From contig CAYQZL010000006.1 in NCBI GenBank assembly GCA_964421975.1, positions 1 to 60,732 on the forward strand: 60,732 nucleotides of DNA, given 5' to 3'. The stretch is from an uncultured Rikenellaceae bacterium (GTDB taxonomy: Bacteria > Bacteroidota > Bacteroidia > Bacteroidales > VadinHA17). Shown here in pieces: positions 27,486-36,481 of the stretch. The translations under genes and the position numbers were made by a program. Under the pieces are notes generated by a model that saw nothing but the letters and a program-made list of their open reading frames with translations, did not search any database and was not told the origin of the DNA. Positions within the stretch are counted from its first letter, which is position 1. Each line of letters starts with the position of its first letter.

Positions 27486-28397
27486 ATGTTCAATAAATTA
27501 ATAGCCTCGTTATTACCTTATATGCCTCAAAAACTGATATGGATCTTTTCCAGGTCATATATCTCGGGCGAAACAATTGAAGATGCCATGAGAGTATCAA
27601 AAGATCTTAACAGCATGAATATCAAGGTAACTATAGATGTTCTCGGGGAATTCATAAAAACTCTTGATGAAGCTGAAATAAACAAGCGTGAATACCTTGA
27701 TCTGATCGAAGTTGCCACCCGGAATGGTATTGACGGACATTTTTCAACAAAACCAACAAGCTTCGGACTTCTGATAGATGAAGAAGCTTGTTACCGGTAT
27801 ATGAGGGAAATAGTGGCTAAAGCGGCATCATATAAGGGATTCGTAAGGATCGATATGGAGGATTCTGCCTGTACCTCGAAAGAGATTGAGCTGTTCAGGA
27901 AACTGAAAAAAGAATTTCCGGCAAATGTCGGGCTGGTACTCCAGGCCTATCTTAAAAGAACTCATGATGACCTGATCAGCCTTTCAGATCTTAATACCCC
28001 GGAAAATCCCCTGAACATAAGGCTTTGTAAAGGTATTTATATTGAACCGGAAGCGATCTCATATAAGAAATACGAGGAGATAAACCGGCATTATCTTGAA
28101 GATCTCGAATACATGCTTGTGAACAGGATATACGCAGGCATAGCAACACATGATAAGTTTCTGATTGAAAATGCATATAAACTTATATCACAGTATAATG
28201 TTCCTTCGCATATGTATGAATTCCAGATGCTTTATGGTGTAACCCCAAAATTAAGACAAAGCATAGTGGATAAAGGACATACAATGAGAGTCTATGTCCC
28301 TTTCGGTGAAAAATGGTTCGGTTATTCAACCCGAAGGCTGAAAGAAAATCCGAAAATGGCAAGTCATATCATCAAGGCTATCTTTATTAAGGGCTAG
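27486..28397 (+). CDS. Monofunctional proline dehydrogenase
   Basis: YISGETIEDA, TIDVLGE, VRIDMED, VLQAYLKR, RLCKGIY, ATHD, EFQMLYG, RVYVPFG, RRLKENP. Confidence 0.93.
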   Translation: MFNKLIASLLPYMPQKLIWIFSRSYISGETIEDAMRVSKDLNSMNIKVTIDVLGEFIKTLDEAEINKREYLDLIEVATRNGIDGHFSTKPTSFGLLIDEEACYRYMREIVAKAASYKGFVRIDMEDSACTSKEIELFRKLKKEFPANVGLVLQAYLKRTHDDLISLSDLNTPENPLNIRLCKGIYIEPEAISYKKYEEINRHYLEDLEYMLVNRIYAGIATHDKFLIENAYKLISQYNVPSHMYEFQMLYGVTPKLRQSIVDKGHTMRVYVPFGEKWFGYSTRRLKENPKMASHIIKAIFIKG

Positions 28398-28420
28398 CTG
28401 AGGCTGAGGCTGAGGCTGAG
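28397..28420 (+). repeat. (GCTGAG)4 tandem repeat starting at the proline dehydrogenase stop codon
   Basis: Read directly; same CTGAGG unit as the yedF insert. Confidence 0.9.
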
Positions 28421-28511
28421 GTTGCCTCCTGCCAACTGCCTGCTGGGCCGGGACCAGAGGTGAGGGGGATAGAGGATGAGAGGGTGATGGAAAACCCGGA
28501 GTCAGGGGAAT

Positions 28512-29228
28512 TCAGTCTTTGACGTAGGTTTCAAGGTATTTTTTGTAAATCATATTCAATTCATAATCAGAGAGACTTGGGGTAATGGCCGGAGGTTTTG
28601 GAGGGAATCCGTTCATCAGAAGATAGACTGCAGGAATGATCATGAAAGGACTTAATCCGACAATCTGATCGGAAGGGATCTGACCTTTCGAATAAACTTC
28701 CGCCCTTCTTTTCTGCTGAAGGAACTGATAATTCATATCAGGATCCCCCAGATTACCCTGGGAAATCTTTGCCTGATATGCAGAAACTTCCAGATTATAT
28801 CTGGCGTTTTCATTTATGGGATCGTGTTCAACAGCTGGTCTGAGCAGATCAGATTTCAGGGTTCGTAACCTGGGAACAATCACTATTTCATCTATCGACA
28901 GAGTATCTGTTTTCATATAGATCCCGGTTATGAATTCATTTCCCTGAAGGGTATCACTTATGTGCAATACTGTAGTTTTATATCCCAGCATCCTGAACCT
29001 GACAGTATCGAGCCTGCTGACATAAAATGCAAATTTGCCTTCACTGTCACTAATTGATGAAAAAGCCCTGTTAATAATTATCTGTGAGCCGGCAAGCGGA
29101 GTCCTGGTCTCTGCATCCATTACGATCCCGTGAAAAAGTATATTATTCACCGGCTGCTGTCCCGATATGACCGGGATAATTATAAGAAAAAACAATAATC
29201 CGTATAAATACTTTTTCATCTTAAACAT
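28512..29228 (-). CDS. Exported protein with a carboxypeptidase-regulatory-like domain
   Basis: Signal peptide, G.VMDAETRTPL, SDSEGKF, F..LGYK, L.IDEIVI. Confidence 0.7.
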   Translation of the reverse strand: MFKMKKYLYGLLFFLIIIPVISGQQPVNNILFHGIVMDAETRTPLAGSQIIINRAFSSISDSEGKFAFYVSRLDTVRFRMLGYKTTVLHISDTLQGNEFITGIYMKTDTLSIDEIVIVPRLRTLKSDLLRPAVEHDPINENARYNLEVSAYQAKISQGNLGDPDMNYQFLQQKRRAEVYSKGQIPSDQIVGLSPFMIIPAVYLLMNGFPPKPPAITPSLSDYELNMIYKKYLETYVKD

Positions 29229-29233
29229 CAGAA

Positions 29234-29806
29234 TCAGAATCTTACAATCAATTCGCTCAGCGGCCTTTTCGGAACATGGTGATTATCATTTTCATCTCTC
29301 CAGTATCTGACATCACCGTCTTTTATCTCATCAACAATAACATTTTCAGCAGGTTTCCCGAGAGCCAGAACAAGCAGTATCTCAAATCTTTCCGGAATGT
29401 TAAGTTCTTTCCGGAGCAGTTCTTTTTTTATGGAAGCTATCATACAACCCCCGAAACCTGCCTCAGTGGCACCAAGCATAATGCTCTGTGCAGCTATACC
29501 ATGATCGACGCCAAATGATTCGAAAACAGACTTGTCGCCCAGTATTATAATGTATGCCGAAGGCTTCTCTCCTGGTCCGGGTCCATCCCAATCCTTCAGA
29601 TAGGCTGCCCATATCAGAGACGGAAATATTCCGGAACACTCATCAGGCGAATTCATGATCATGAATTTCAATGGCTGGCGGTTGGCACCTGATGCTGACA
29701 TTCTGGCCAGATCAACCAGCTTTTCAAGCTTATCATAACTTATGTTCACAGACTCATCAAAACGTCTGAAACTCCTTGTCCTGTAAACCAGATCAGTAAT
29801 TTGCAT
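29234..29806 (-). CDS. Nitroreductase family protein
   Basis: RTRSFRRF, ASGANRQP, VDHGIAAQSIMLGA, VPKR. Confidence 0.92.
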   Translation of the reverse strand: MQITDLVYRTRSFRRFDESVNISYDKLEKLVDLARMSASGANRQPLKFMIMNSPDECSGIFPSLIWAAYLKDWDGPGPGEKPSAYIIILGDKSVFESFGVDHGIAAQSIMLGATEAGFGGCMIASIKKELLRKELNIPERFEILLVLALGKPAENVIVDEIKDGDVRYWRDENDNHHVPKRPLSELIVRF

Positions 29807-29941
29807 ATAATATAAATTTCTACTCTGATTATTAATAAACTTTGCCTGTTCTTAATCTTCCTTCCGGCAGATTTTTATAAACCATAAAGGTAGTCTGCAA
29901 GTATTCTAACAAATTTAGTCATTCCTGATGTCATGTCAGGT

Positions 29942-30775
29942 TCATTTGATAAGGAAAATATCTCCGGGGAGTTCAGGAACAACACCTTTTTCCCGTCCCT
30001 TGCTGAAAAGCTCGGATATTGCCCTTTTTCCCTCAGATCCCAGTTCGTGTGTAAAATCATTAACATATAATTCAATATGACTTTCAATTACTGATTTCCT
30101 CATTTCTCTGGCATTCATCTCAATGAAACCGCTGATGTCCTGCCCATGTTTTACTGCATAGTTAATACTTCTTTTAATCACACGGTTTACTTTCATTGCC
30201 ATATCCGAAGGAATACACCTGTTGACCGCGATCAGACCAAGGGGTATAGGCAGACCTGTAAGTTTTTCCCAGTACTGACCCATATCAGCAATTTTTATAA
30301 GTCCTTTTTCGTGGAAAGTGAACCTGGTTTCATGTATGATAAGACCCGCATCAGCTTTATTTTCCAACACTGCATCAACAATACCCGAAAACAGGTATTC
30401 GGTTTTGTTTACCGATTCCGGCCAGGCAAGGCTGAACAAAAGGTTTGCAGTGGTATATTTTCCCGGGATTGCGATCCTTGAACTGCATATTTCTTCATCA
30501 GTCAGCTTTTTCCTGCCTATCAGCAGGGGACCATTCTTATAACCCAGGGCACTGCCCGAATTAAGTATAAGATAATTACCGGCAGCAAAAGCATATGCAT
30601 AACAGCTCATCTTTGTGATATCCGTTGTTCCTGCAAAAGCCTTTTTATTGAGATCTTCAACATCAGCCATAAAATAATCGAACTCAAGACCCTCTGTATC
30701 AACGAGCCCATGTACCATTGCCCCAAAAATATATGTATCATTCGGACAGGGAGAAAATCCAAGAGTCAGTTTCAT
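29942..30775 (-). CDS. mqnD: 1,4-dihydroxy-6-naphthoate synthase (futalosine pathway)
   Basis: LGFSPCPNDTYIF, DVEDLN, GSALG...GPLL, IPGKYTTANLL, LIIHETRF, LPIPLG, HIELYVN. Confidence 0.93.
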   Translation of the reverse strand: MKLTLGFSPCPNDTYIFGAMVHGLVDTEGLEFDYFMADVEDLNKKAFAGTTDITKMSCYAYAFAAGNYLILNSGSALGYKNGPLLIGRKKLTDEEICSSRIAIPGKYTTANLLFSLAWPESVNKTEYLFSGIVDAVLENKADAGLIIHETRFTFHEKGLIKIADMGQYWEKLTGLPIPLGLIAVNRCIPSDMAMKVNRVIKRSINYAVKHGQDISGFIEMNAREMRKSVIESHIELYVNDFTHELGSEGKRAISELFSKGREKGVVPELPGDIFLIK

Positions 30776-30779
30776 CCTT

Positions 30780-31454
30780 TCAGTTGATTGTTGTTAAAAT
30801 ATCTTTTAGTGCCACTGACAGATTGTCAAGTGCGAGTTTAATATCCCATTTCCCACGGTTTCGGGGACCGACTTTGTTTGAAACAGCTCTCAGGGCCATG
30901 TAGGGTACTTTTTCCATACTGCAGACATAGAAGAATGCAGCTCCCTCCATGGTCTCTATATCCGGATAATATTTCAGGAACAATTTGCGGGCTGTTGCAG
31001 CGGTGCCTGTTACAGTATTTACGGTTATTGCCGTAACAGGTCTGAACTTTAATGCAGCCTGTTCAACATATCTGTTTACTGCACTGATTTTTCCGTTGGT
31101 GAAAGGGTATGTCCACGGATCCTGCAGACCTGATTCATAAAGAGCAAGAAAGCCTGAAGCTGTTTCTATTCCTGAATCTGCGAAACAATCCAGTACCGGC
31201 ATCACAACGTCCCCTGTTTTAATGTCGTCCATGAAACTGCCTGCAATTCCGGCATTTATTGCCAGATCAGGACGGGATTCCGTACTAAACCATCTTGTCA
31301 GTGCCCATGCTGTAGCAACCGCACCAACTCCTGTCACAAGCAGATCAACGGATTTATTTCCTGCAATATAACTGTCAGTCTTCTTATCCGGTACAAAAAA
31401 TTTCCTTATAATCCCGGCTTCTGTTTCTGTGGCTGTTACCAGTAATACCCTCAT
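30780..31454 (-). CDS. mqnB: Futalosine hydrolase
   Basis: LLVTATETE, TGVG, NAGIAG, TVNTVTG, ETMEGAAF, RAVSN.VG.RN...WDI; coupled to mqnD. Confidence 0.9.
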   Translation of the reverse strand: MRVLLVTATETEAGIIRKFFVPDKKTDSYIAGNKSVDLLVTGVGAVATAWALTRWFSTESRPDLAINAGIAGSFMDDIKTGDVVMPVLDCFADSGIETASGFLALYESGLQDPWTYPFTNGKISAVNRYVEQAALKFRPVTAITVNTVTGTAATARKLFLKYYPDIETMEGAAFFYVCSMEKVPYMALRAVSNKVGPRNRGKWDIKLALDNLSVALKDILTTIN

Positions 31455-31548
31455 GTATTATATTTACAGAATCAGTTCAATCAATAAGAGCTTAAATATA
31501 TTTAAAAAGATCAACTATATTGGTTAATATTGCAAGCTAATTGAACAA

Positions 31549-31962
31549 ATGATGATATATCTTACCCGCCGTGAAAGATTCAGTGCTGCCCACAGGATGT
31601 TCAGGCAGGACTGGACGGATGAAAAAAACATGGAGCTTTTCGGAAAATGTTCCAATCCGAAATGGCACGGACATAATTATGAACTTTTTGTTACGATAAA
31701 AGGAGAAGTATCGTCCGAAACCGGGTTTGTAATGAACATTAGTACTCTTAAAGAGATTATCAGGGAAAGGATAACAGAAAAGATAGATCACAAGAATATA
31801 AATCTCGAGGTCCCTTTTATGGAAGGTAAGATTGCAACCACCGAAAATCTTGCCGTTTCAATATGGGAAGAACTCAGGCCCTTTATCGAAAAAGAAGGTG
31901 CAAAGCTTCATTGTGTAAGAATTTGTGAAACTGAAAATAATTCAACCGAATACTATGGCTAA
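31549..31962 (+). CDS. queD: 6-carboxytetrahydropterin synthase (QueD/PTPS)
   Basis: [28 protein letters not shown]. Confidence 0.92.
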   Translation: MMIYLTRRERFSAAHRMFRQDWTDEKNMELFGKCSNPKWHGHNYELFVTIKGEVSSETGFVMNISTLKEIIRERITEKIDHKNINLEVPFMEGKIATTENLAVSIWEELRPFIEKEGAKLHCVRICETENNSTEYYG

Positions 31963-32602
31963 AATAATTAAAGACGCGCAGAATGAGGAGACAACCGTAC
32001 GAAACGGTTATAATAAAATTGAATCATGGAACGAAGAAAATATAAAAGAACTCTCGGGAATATACTACAGGGTACTCCAGCTTCTTGGTGAAGATCCTGA
32101 TCGCGAAGGGTTAAAGAAGACCCCGGAAAGAGTTGCAAAAGCATTGAATTTCCTTACTATGGGGTACTCCATGAATCCCTGCCAGATAATCAATTCTGCC
32201 AAGTTCAGGGAAGATTACAGACAGATGGTCATTGTAAAGGATATAGACATTTATTCCATGTGTGAACATCATATGCTCCCCTTTTTCGGTAAAGCACATG
32301 TTGCCTATATACCTGATGGTTATATTACCGGTCTAAGCAAACTTGCCAGAGTTGTGGAAGCATTCAGCCGCCGGCTGCAGGTTCAGGAAAGACTGACCGT
32401 TCAGATCAGGAATACGCTTCAGGAGTGTCTCAATCCACTTGGTGTGGCAGTAGTTATTGAAGCACAACACATGTGCATGCAGATAAGAGGTGTTCAGAAA
32501 CAGAATTCGGTCACGACAACATCAGCCTTTACCGGTATTTTCCTTTCAAACCTAAACACCCGTGAAGAGTTTATTCATCTGATAGGTTCAAGACTTCATT
32601 AA
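31955..32602 (+). CDS. folE: GTP cyclohydrolase I
   Basis: [42 protein letters not shown]; ATG 31955 overlaps the queD stop. Confidence 0.96.
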   Translation: MAKIIKDAQNEETTVRNGYNKIESWNEENIKELSGIYYRVLQLLGEDPDREGLKKTPERVAKALNFLTMGYSMNPCQIINSAKFREDYRQMVIVKDIDIYSMCEHHMLPFFGKAHVAYIPDGYITGLSKLARVVEAFSRRLQVQERLTVQIRNTLQECLNPLGVAVVIEAQHMCMQIRGVQKQNSVTTTSAFTGIFLSNLNTREEFIHLIGSRLH

Positions 32603-32611
32603 AAATCTTCT

Positions 32612-33493
32612 ATGAAAGCATACGTATTCCCCGGACAGGGAGCACAATTCCCCGGCATGGGAAAAGATCTGTATGAAAGATCCACCCTTGCTAAAGAAAT
32701 GTTCGAAAAAGCAAATACTGCTCTGGGTTTCAGGATCACCGACCTGATGTTTAACGGAACTGAAGAAGACCTGAAGCAGACAAGGGTTACACAACCTTCG
32801 ATATTCCTTCATTCAGTCATTCTTGCTTCATTAGCAGGAAACGGATTTGTTCCCGAAATGGTCGCAGGCCACTCTCTTGGAGAATTCTCGGCACTTGTGG
32901 CAAATAAAACATTATCATTTGAAGATGGGCTGATCCTTGTATCGGGAAGAGCGTCTGCCATGCAGAAAGCCTGCGAAAAAGCACCATCGTCAATGGCCGC
33001 GATAATCGGCCTTGATGACAGGATAGTTGAAGAAGTATGTGCCGGTCTAAGCGATATTGTTGTCCCGGCCAATTATAACAGTCCGGGCCAGATAGTAATT
33101 TCCGGCTCAGATCGGGGTATTGAAAAAGCAATTGAGATACTTAAGACGAAGGGTGCAAAAAGGGCATTGAAGCTGCAGGTAGGCGGAGCTTTCCATTCAC
33201 CGCTCATGGAACCTGCAAGAGCAGAACTTGAGGAAGCCATCCGGAATACAAAATTCAGTAAACCAATATGTCCTGTCTTCCAGAATGTCGATGCTAAACC
33301 ATCACTTGATCCTGTTATAATCAAAACAAACCTGGTCGCACAACTGACCTCTCCCGTGAGATGGACTCAAAGTATTGAGAATATGATTTCACATGGTGCT
33401 GATCATTTTATCGAAGCAGGTCCCGGAAGTGTCCTTCAGGGTCTTATCAGAAAAATTAACAAGGATGTAATTACAGAGGGAGCCACATTCTGA
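32612..33493 (+). CDS. fabD: Malonyl-CoA:ACP transacylase
   Basis: FPGQGAQ, TQP, AGHSLGEFSA, ANYNSPGQIVISG, GAFHSPLM, PVRW. Confidence 0.97.
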   Translation: MKAYVFPGQGAQFPGMGKDLYERSTLAKEMFEKANTALGFRITDLMFNGTEEDLKQTRVTQPSIFLHSVILASLAGNGFVPEMVAGHSLGEFSALVANKTLSFEDGLILVSGRASAMQKACEKAPSSMAAIIGLDDRIVEEVCAGLSDIVVPANYNSPGQIVISGSDRGIEKAIEILKTKGAKRALKLQVGGAFHSPLMEPARAELEEAIRNTKFSKPICPVFQNVDAKPSLDPVIIKTNLVAQLTSPVRWTQSIENMISHGADHFIEAGPGSVLQGLIRKINKDVITEGATF

Positions 33494-33497
33494 AGAT

Positions 33498-36470
33498 CTA
33501 TAAAGGCTTCATTATTACCCCTTTATGTTTTCGTCCATCAATTCTGATATCCATTGGTTTGTCAAATCTCACATGCCTTACCGAGTTGTCTTCATAAACC
33601 GGGGTCATATTGTTGAGATAATCAACATCATAGTGACCTTCATTAATAAAGGGATTAATGGTGAAATAACCCACTCCGAAAGAAGTAAGGTTCTGAAAGA
33701 AATGTGTACCCTGGCTCGGATCGATCCGGTAGTTCTTCAGACCTGACTCAACTATTAATCTTGCAGCCGAGATCTGGGCCCATTTGACCGGTATTCCAAG
33801 CCACGGGTCGGTAGAACCCCATCTGCCGGGTCCGATCAGCACATATCCTTTTCCCTGCATGGCAAAAGAGGAATTCAGATTTTCAATTGTTTCTGCCAGA
33901 TTCTTGTTATGAGACGGATTGAAAGACTCGGGTTTTACATAAACAAGGTCCGAAATACCTTTAAATACACCATGTCCGAGTGCCGATCCGGAAAAAATAA
34001 TTGTATCAGCCGGATTTATATTTTCGATATTTATATTGTATGCTTCATCAGTATGTACTATCGGCCTTATCTGAAGAAAATTGAATGTCTTCGGTGTCCC
34101 GGCAGGAGTCTCAAGATTACAGGCAAATTCAATTTCGATGGGATTATTCATCTCTCTCTGTCCGAGTTCCAGTAATGTGTTCAATATGTCGGCCAGCGGA
34201 AAAAGATTGTGCTGAAGTATCCCTGCGAAGGATATTATTCGCCTGCCGGCCGACATAATACCGTCTCTCATGACATTGTTAGCATAATCGTAAGTTGAAG
34301 CCAGGTATTTCATTGCCCCGTCATTTACAGCATCCCTGATATCAATCCGTGGTATGTTAACACCGTCATCCGTGGATGGAACAAAACTGTTGATGTTAAG
34401 GTCCAGTGCCCTGAAAATTTTCTGGGTGTCGCGCAGGGCGGTTTCAGGTGATGAAAGCTGAAGTATTTTCTTTGGCATCTTCGGACAGAAACGCAGAGAC
34501 AATCCTCCTTCAACAATCAGTTTCCCGAGTCCGAAAGCAACATTTGCGATCCCGTCTTCTGCTTTCTCTGAACCTATGGGATAATAATTAATTGACCTTG
34601 CCACACCTGAAAATGTGGGATAAAATATATCGCCATGGCGGTTTCCGCAAACCTCCTGAAGCACAATGCCCATTTTTTCTTCATCAATAACATTGCTTGT
34701 GGCGGTCATATATGCTTTGCTGGCTTTGTAAAATACAGAAGCATAAACCTCCTTTATTGCATCCGACATTGCCTTTATCATGAGCTTGTTATCGGTCAGC
34801 CTGGGGATCATGTATGTTGAATAGACACCGGCAAATGGCTGATAATGTGAATCTTCAAGCTTGCTTGATGATCTTACCGCTATGGGATGGTTACGTGACA
34901 CTGCCAGATATGCATAGAAATCCTGGTAAACATGCCCGGGCAGCTCTGCAACAAGGAACCTGTTCAGTATTTCATTATCCGGAAGATCTGAAAGAGCAAC
35001 CGAATAAAGGTTGTTATGATCCATGAATTCATCGAAAACATCGGTGCTCAATACCACTGTTCTTGGTATTGTGATCAGAACATCCGTGAACTTGTTATAT
35101 AGCTTGTTAATCTTTATTATCCTGTTAATGAACGCCAGTCCTCTTGCTTTACCTCCGATTGAACCTTCACCGATACGTGAGAATATCTGGTACTCATCAA
35201 AGCTGGATTTATCGAATTTGGCTATGACACCTCTTCCCTTTCCCAGCCGGAAACTGGAAATGGCCACATAGAGAAAACGCCTCATCTCATCAACAGTGGG
35301 AAAGTCCTCCTTACTGATATACTTGAACATCTGGGCAACAGGAAAAAGAGCCCTTGCATTGAGCCACTTGGAGAAATGGTTCCTGGTGGCATGATACTCA
35401 AGAACATTATCCGGAACTGTCAGAATCTTCTGCTGAAGGCTCTGCAGGTCCGTGGCAATAGCTATCGGTTCCAGGGTAACCGGATTTCTGAAAACAAAGG
35501 GACCGAAAGCCAGATTCTGTATTATGAAATTACGCAATTCAAGAGAGAGGGTCTTGGAATACTTATATATGAATCCTGCTCCCATCTCCTCAGCTTTCCA
35601 TTTATGATCAAGATTGGATGATTGCAGCAGGAAAGGGACCTTATCATCGTCGTCCATTACGATCTTACACAATTCTATACCTGCATTTTCATCCTGGATA
35701 TTATCCCTTTTATAACTTATATCGGAGATCACCCCGAGAACATTATACTTATACTTACTGTATAATGCGATTGCATCATTGAAATTATTTGCCAGGAGTA
35801 TTTTAGGACGCCCTCTCATTTTAAGCATCCTCTGATGCTCATTTAATGCTTCCCTCTGGAAATCTAGTGACTGCTGAAGCACGATCCTGTAAATGTTGGG
35901 AAGATATGATGAAATATATCTGATAGAATTCTCGATAAGTATTATTGCCTGAACGCCGACTCTTTCAATATCATTATCGGCATTCATTTTATCCTCAATA
36001 AGCTTTATGATTGCAAGTATCAGCGATGCATCACCAAGCCAGCAGAATACATAATCTATGGCACTCAGATCCTCACCTTCAAGTCTGAGGGAGACTTCCC
36101 TTGAAAAATATGTCAGTACAACTATCGGTATATCCGGATAATCACCTTTTATCCTTTTGGCAAGAGCAAAAACATCTGTTCCCTTCAGGCTCACCATTGA
36201 GATCACCAGGTCGATTTTTTGCTCCCTCAGTATCCTGAACGCATCTTCAGCATTATCTGTCTGAACAAATATTGGAGGATAACGCAGATTCAGCGATACA
36301 TATTCATTGAAGATCTGTTCATCGATCCTTCCGTCCTCTTCCAGCATGTAATTATCATAACTGCTGCAGATAATCAACACCCTGTGTATCCTTTTCTGCA
36401 TCAGAAGATCAAAGGATGTATCGGTGAAATCATATTTTTCAAGGTCAAGCACCCCTCCTACAATAGTCAT
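33498..36470 (-). CDS. Receiver-domain / PEP-synthase-like ATP-grasp / phospho-His protein, paralog A (no pyruvate-binding barrel)
   Basis: Pseudo-REC; REC (VISD250, PFLLQS, FIYK); ATP-grasp (IGGKARG, AVRSS..ED...FAG, FGLGK.IVEG, IEFA, QIRP); C-terminal SQGTH923FF. Confidence 0.8.
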   Translation of the reverse strand: MTIVGGVLDLEKYDFTDTSFDLLMQKRIHRVLIICSSYDNYMLEEDGRIDEQIFNEYVSLNLRYPPIFVQTDNAEDAFRILREQKIDLVISMVSLKGTDVFALAKRIKGDYPDIPIVVLTYFSREVSLRLEGEDLSAIDYVFCWLGDASLILAIIKLIEDKMNADNDIERVGVQAIILIENSIRYISSYLPNIYRIVLQQSLDFQREALNEHQRMLKMRGRPKILLANNFNDAIALYSKYKYNVLGVISDISYKRDNIQDENAGIELCKIVMDDDDKVPFLLQSSNLDHKWKAEEMGAGFIYKYSKTLSLELRNFIIQNLAFGPFVFRNPVTLEPIAIATDLQSLQQKILTVPDNVLEYHATRNHFSKWLNARALFPVAQMFKYISKEDFPTVDEMRRFLYVAISSFRLGKGRGVIAKFDKSSFDEYQIFSRIGEGSIGGKARGLAFINRIIKINKLYNKFTDVLITIPRTVVLSTDVFDEFMDHNNLYSVALSDLPDNEILNRFLVAELPGHVYQDFYAYLAVSRNHPIAVRSSSKLEDSHYQPFAGVYSTYMIPRLTDNKLMIKAMSDAIKEVYASVFYKASKAYMTATSNVIDEEKMGIVLQEVCGNRHGDIFYPTFSGVARSINYYPIGSEKAEDGIANVAFGLGKLIVEGGLSLRFCPKMPKKILQLSSPETALRDTQKIFRALDLNINSFVPSTDDGVNIPRIDIRDAVNDGAMKYLASTYDYANNVMRDGIMSAGRRIISFAGILQHNLFPLADILNTLLELGQREMNNPIEIEFACNLETPAGTPKTFNFLQIRPIVHTDEAYNINIENINPADTIIFSGSALGHGVFKGISDLVYVKPESFNPSHNKNLAETIENLNSSFAMQGKGYVLIGPGRWGSTDPWLGIPVKWAQISAARLIVESGLKNYRIDPSQGTHFFQNLTSFGVGYFTINPFINEGHYDVDYLNNMTPVYEDNSVRHVRFDKPMDIRIDGRKHKGVIMKPL

Positions 36471-36481
36471 ACGATACTGTT

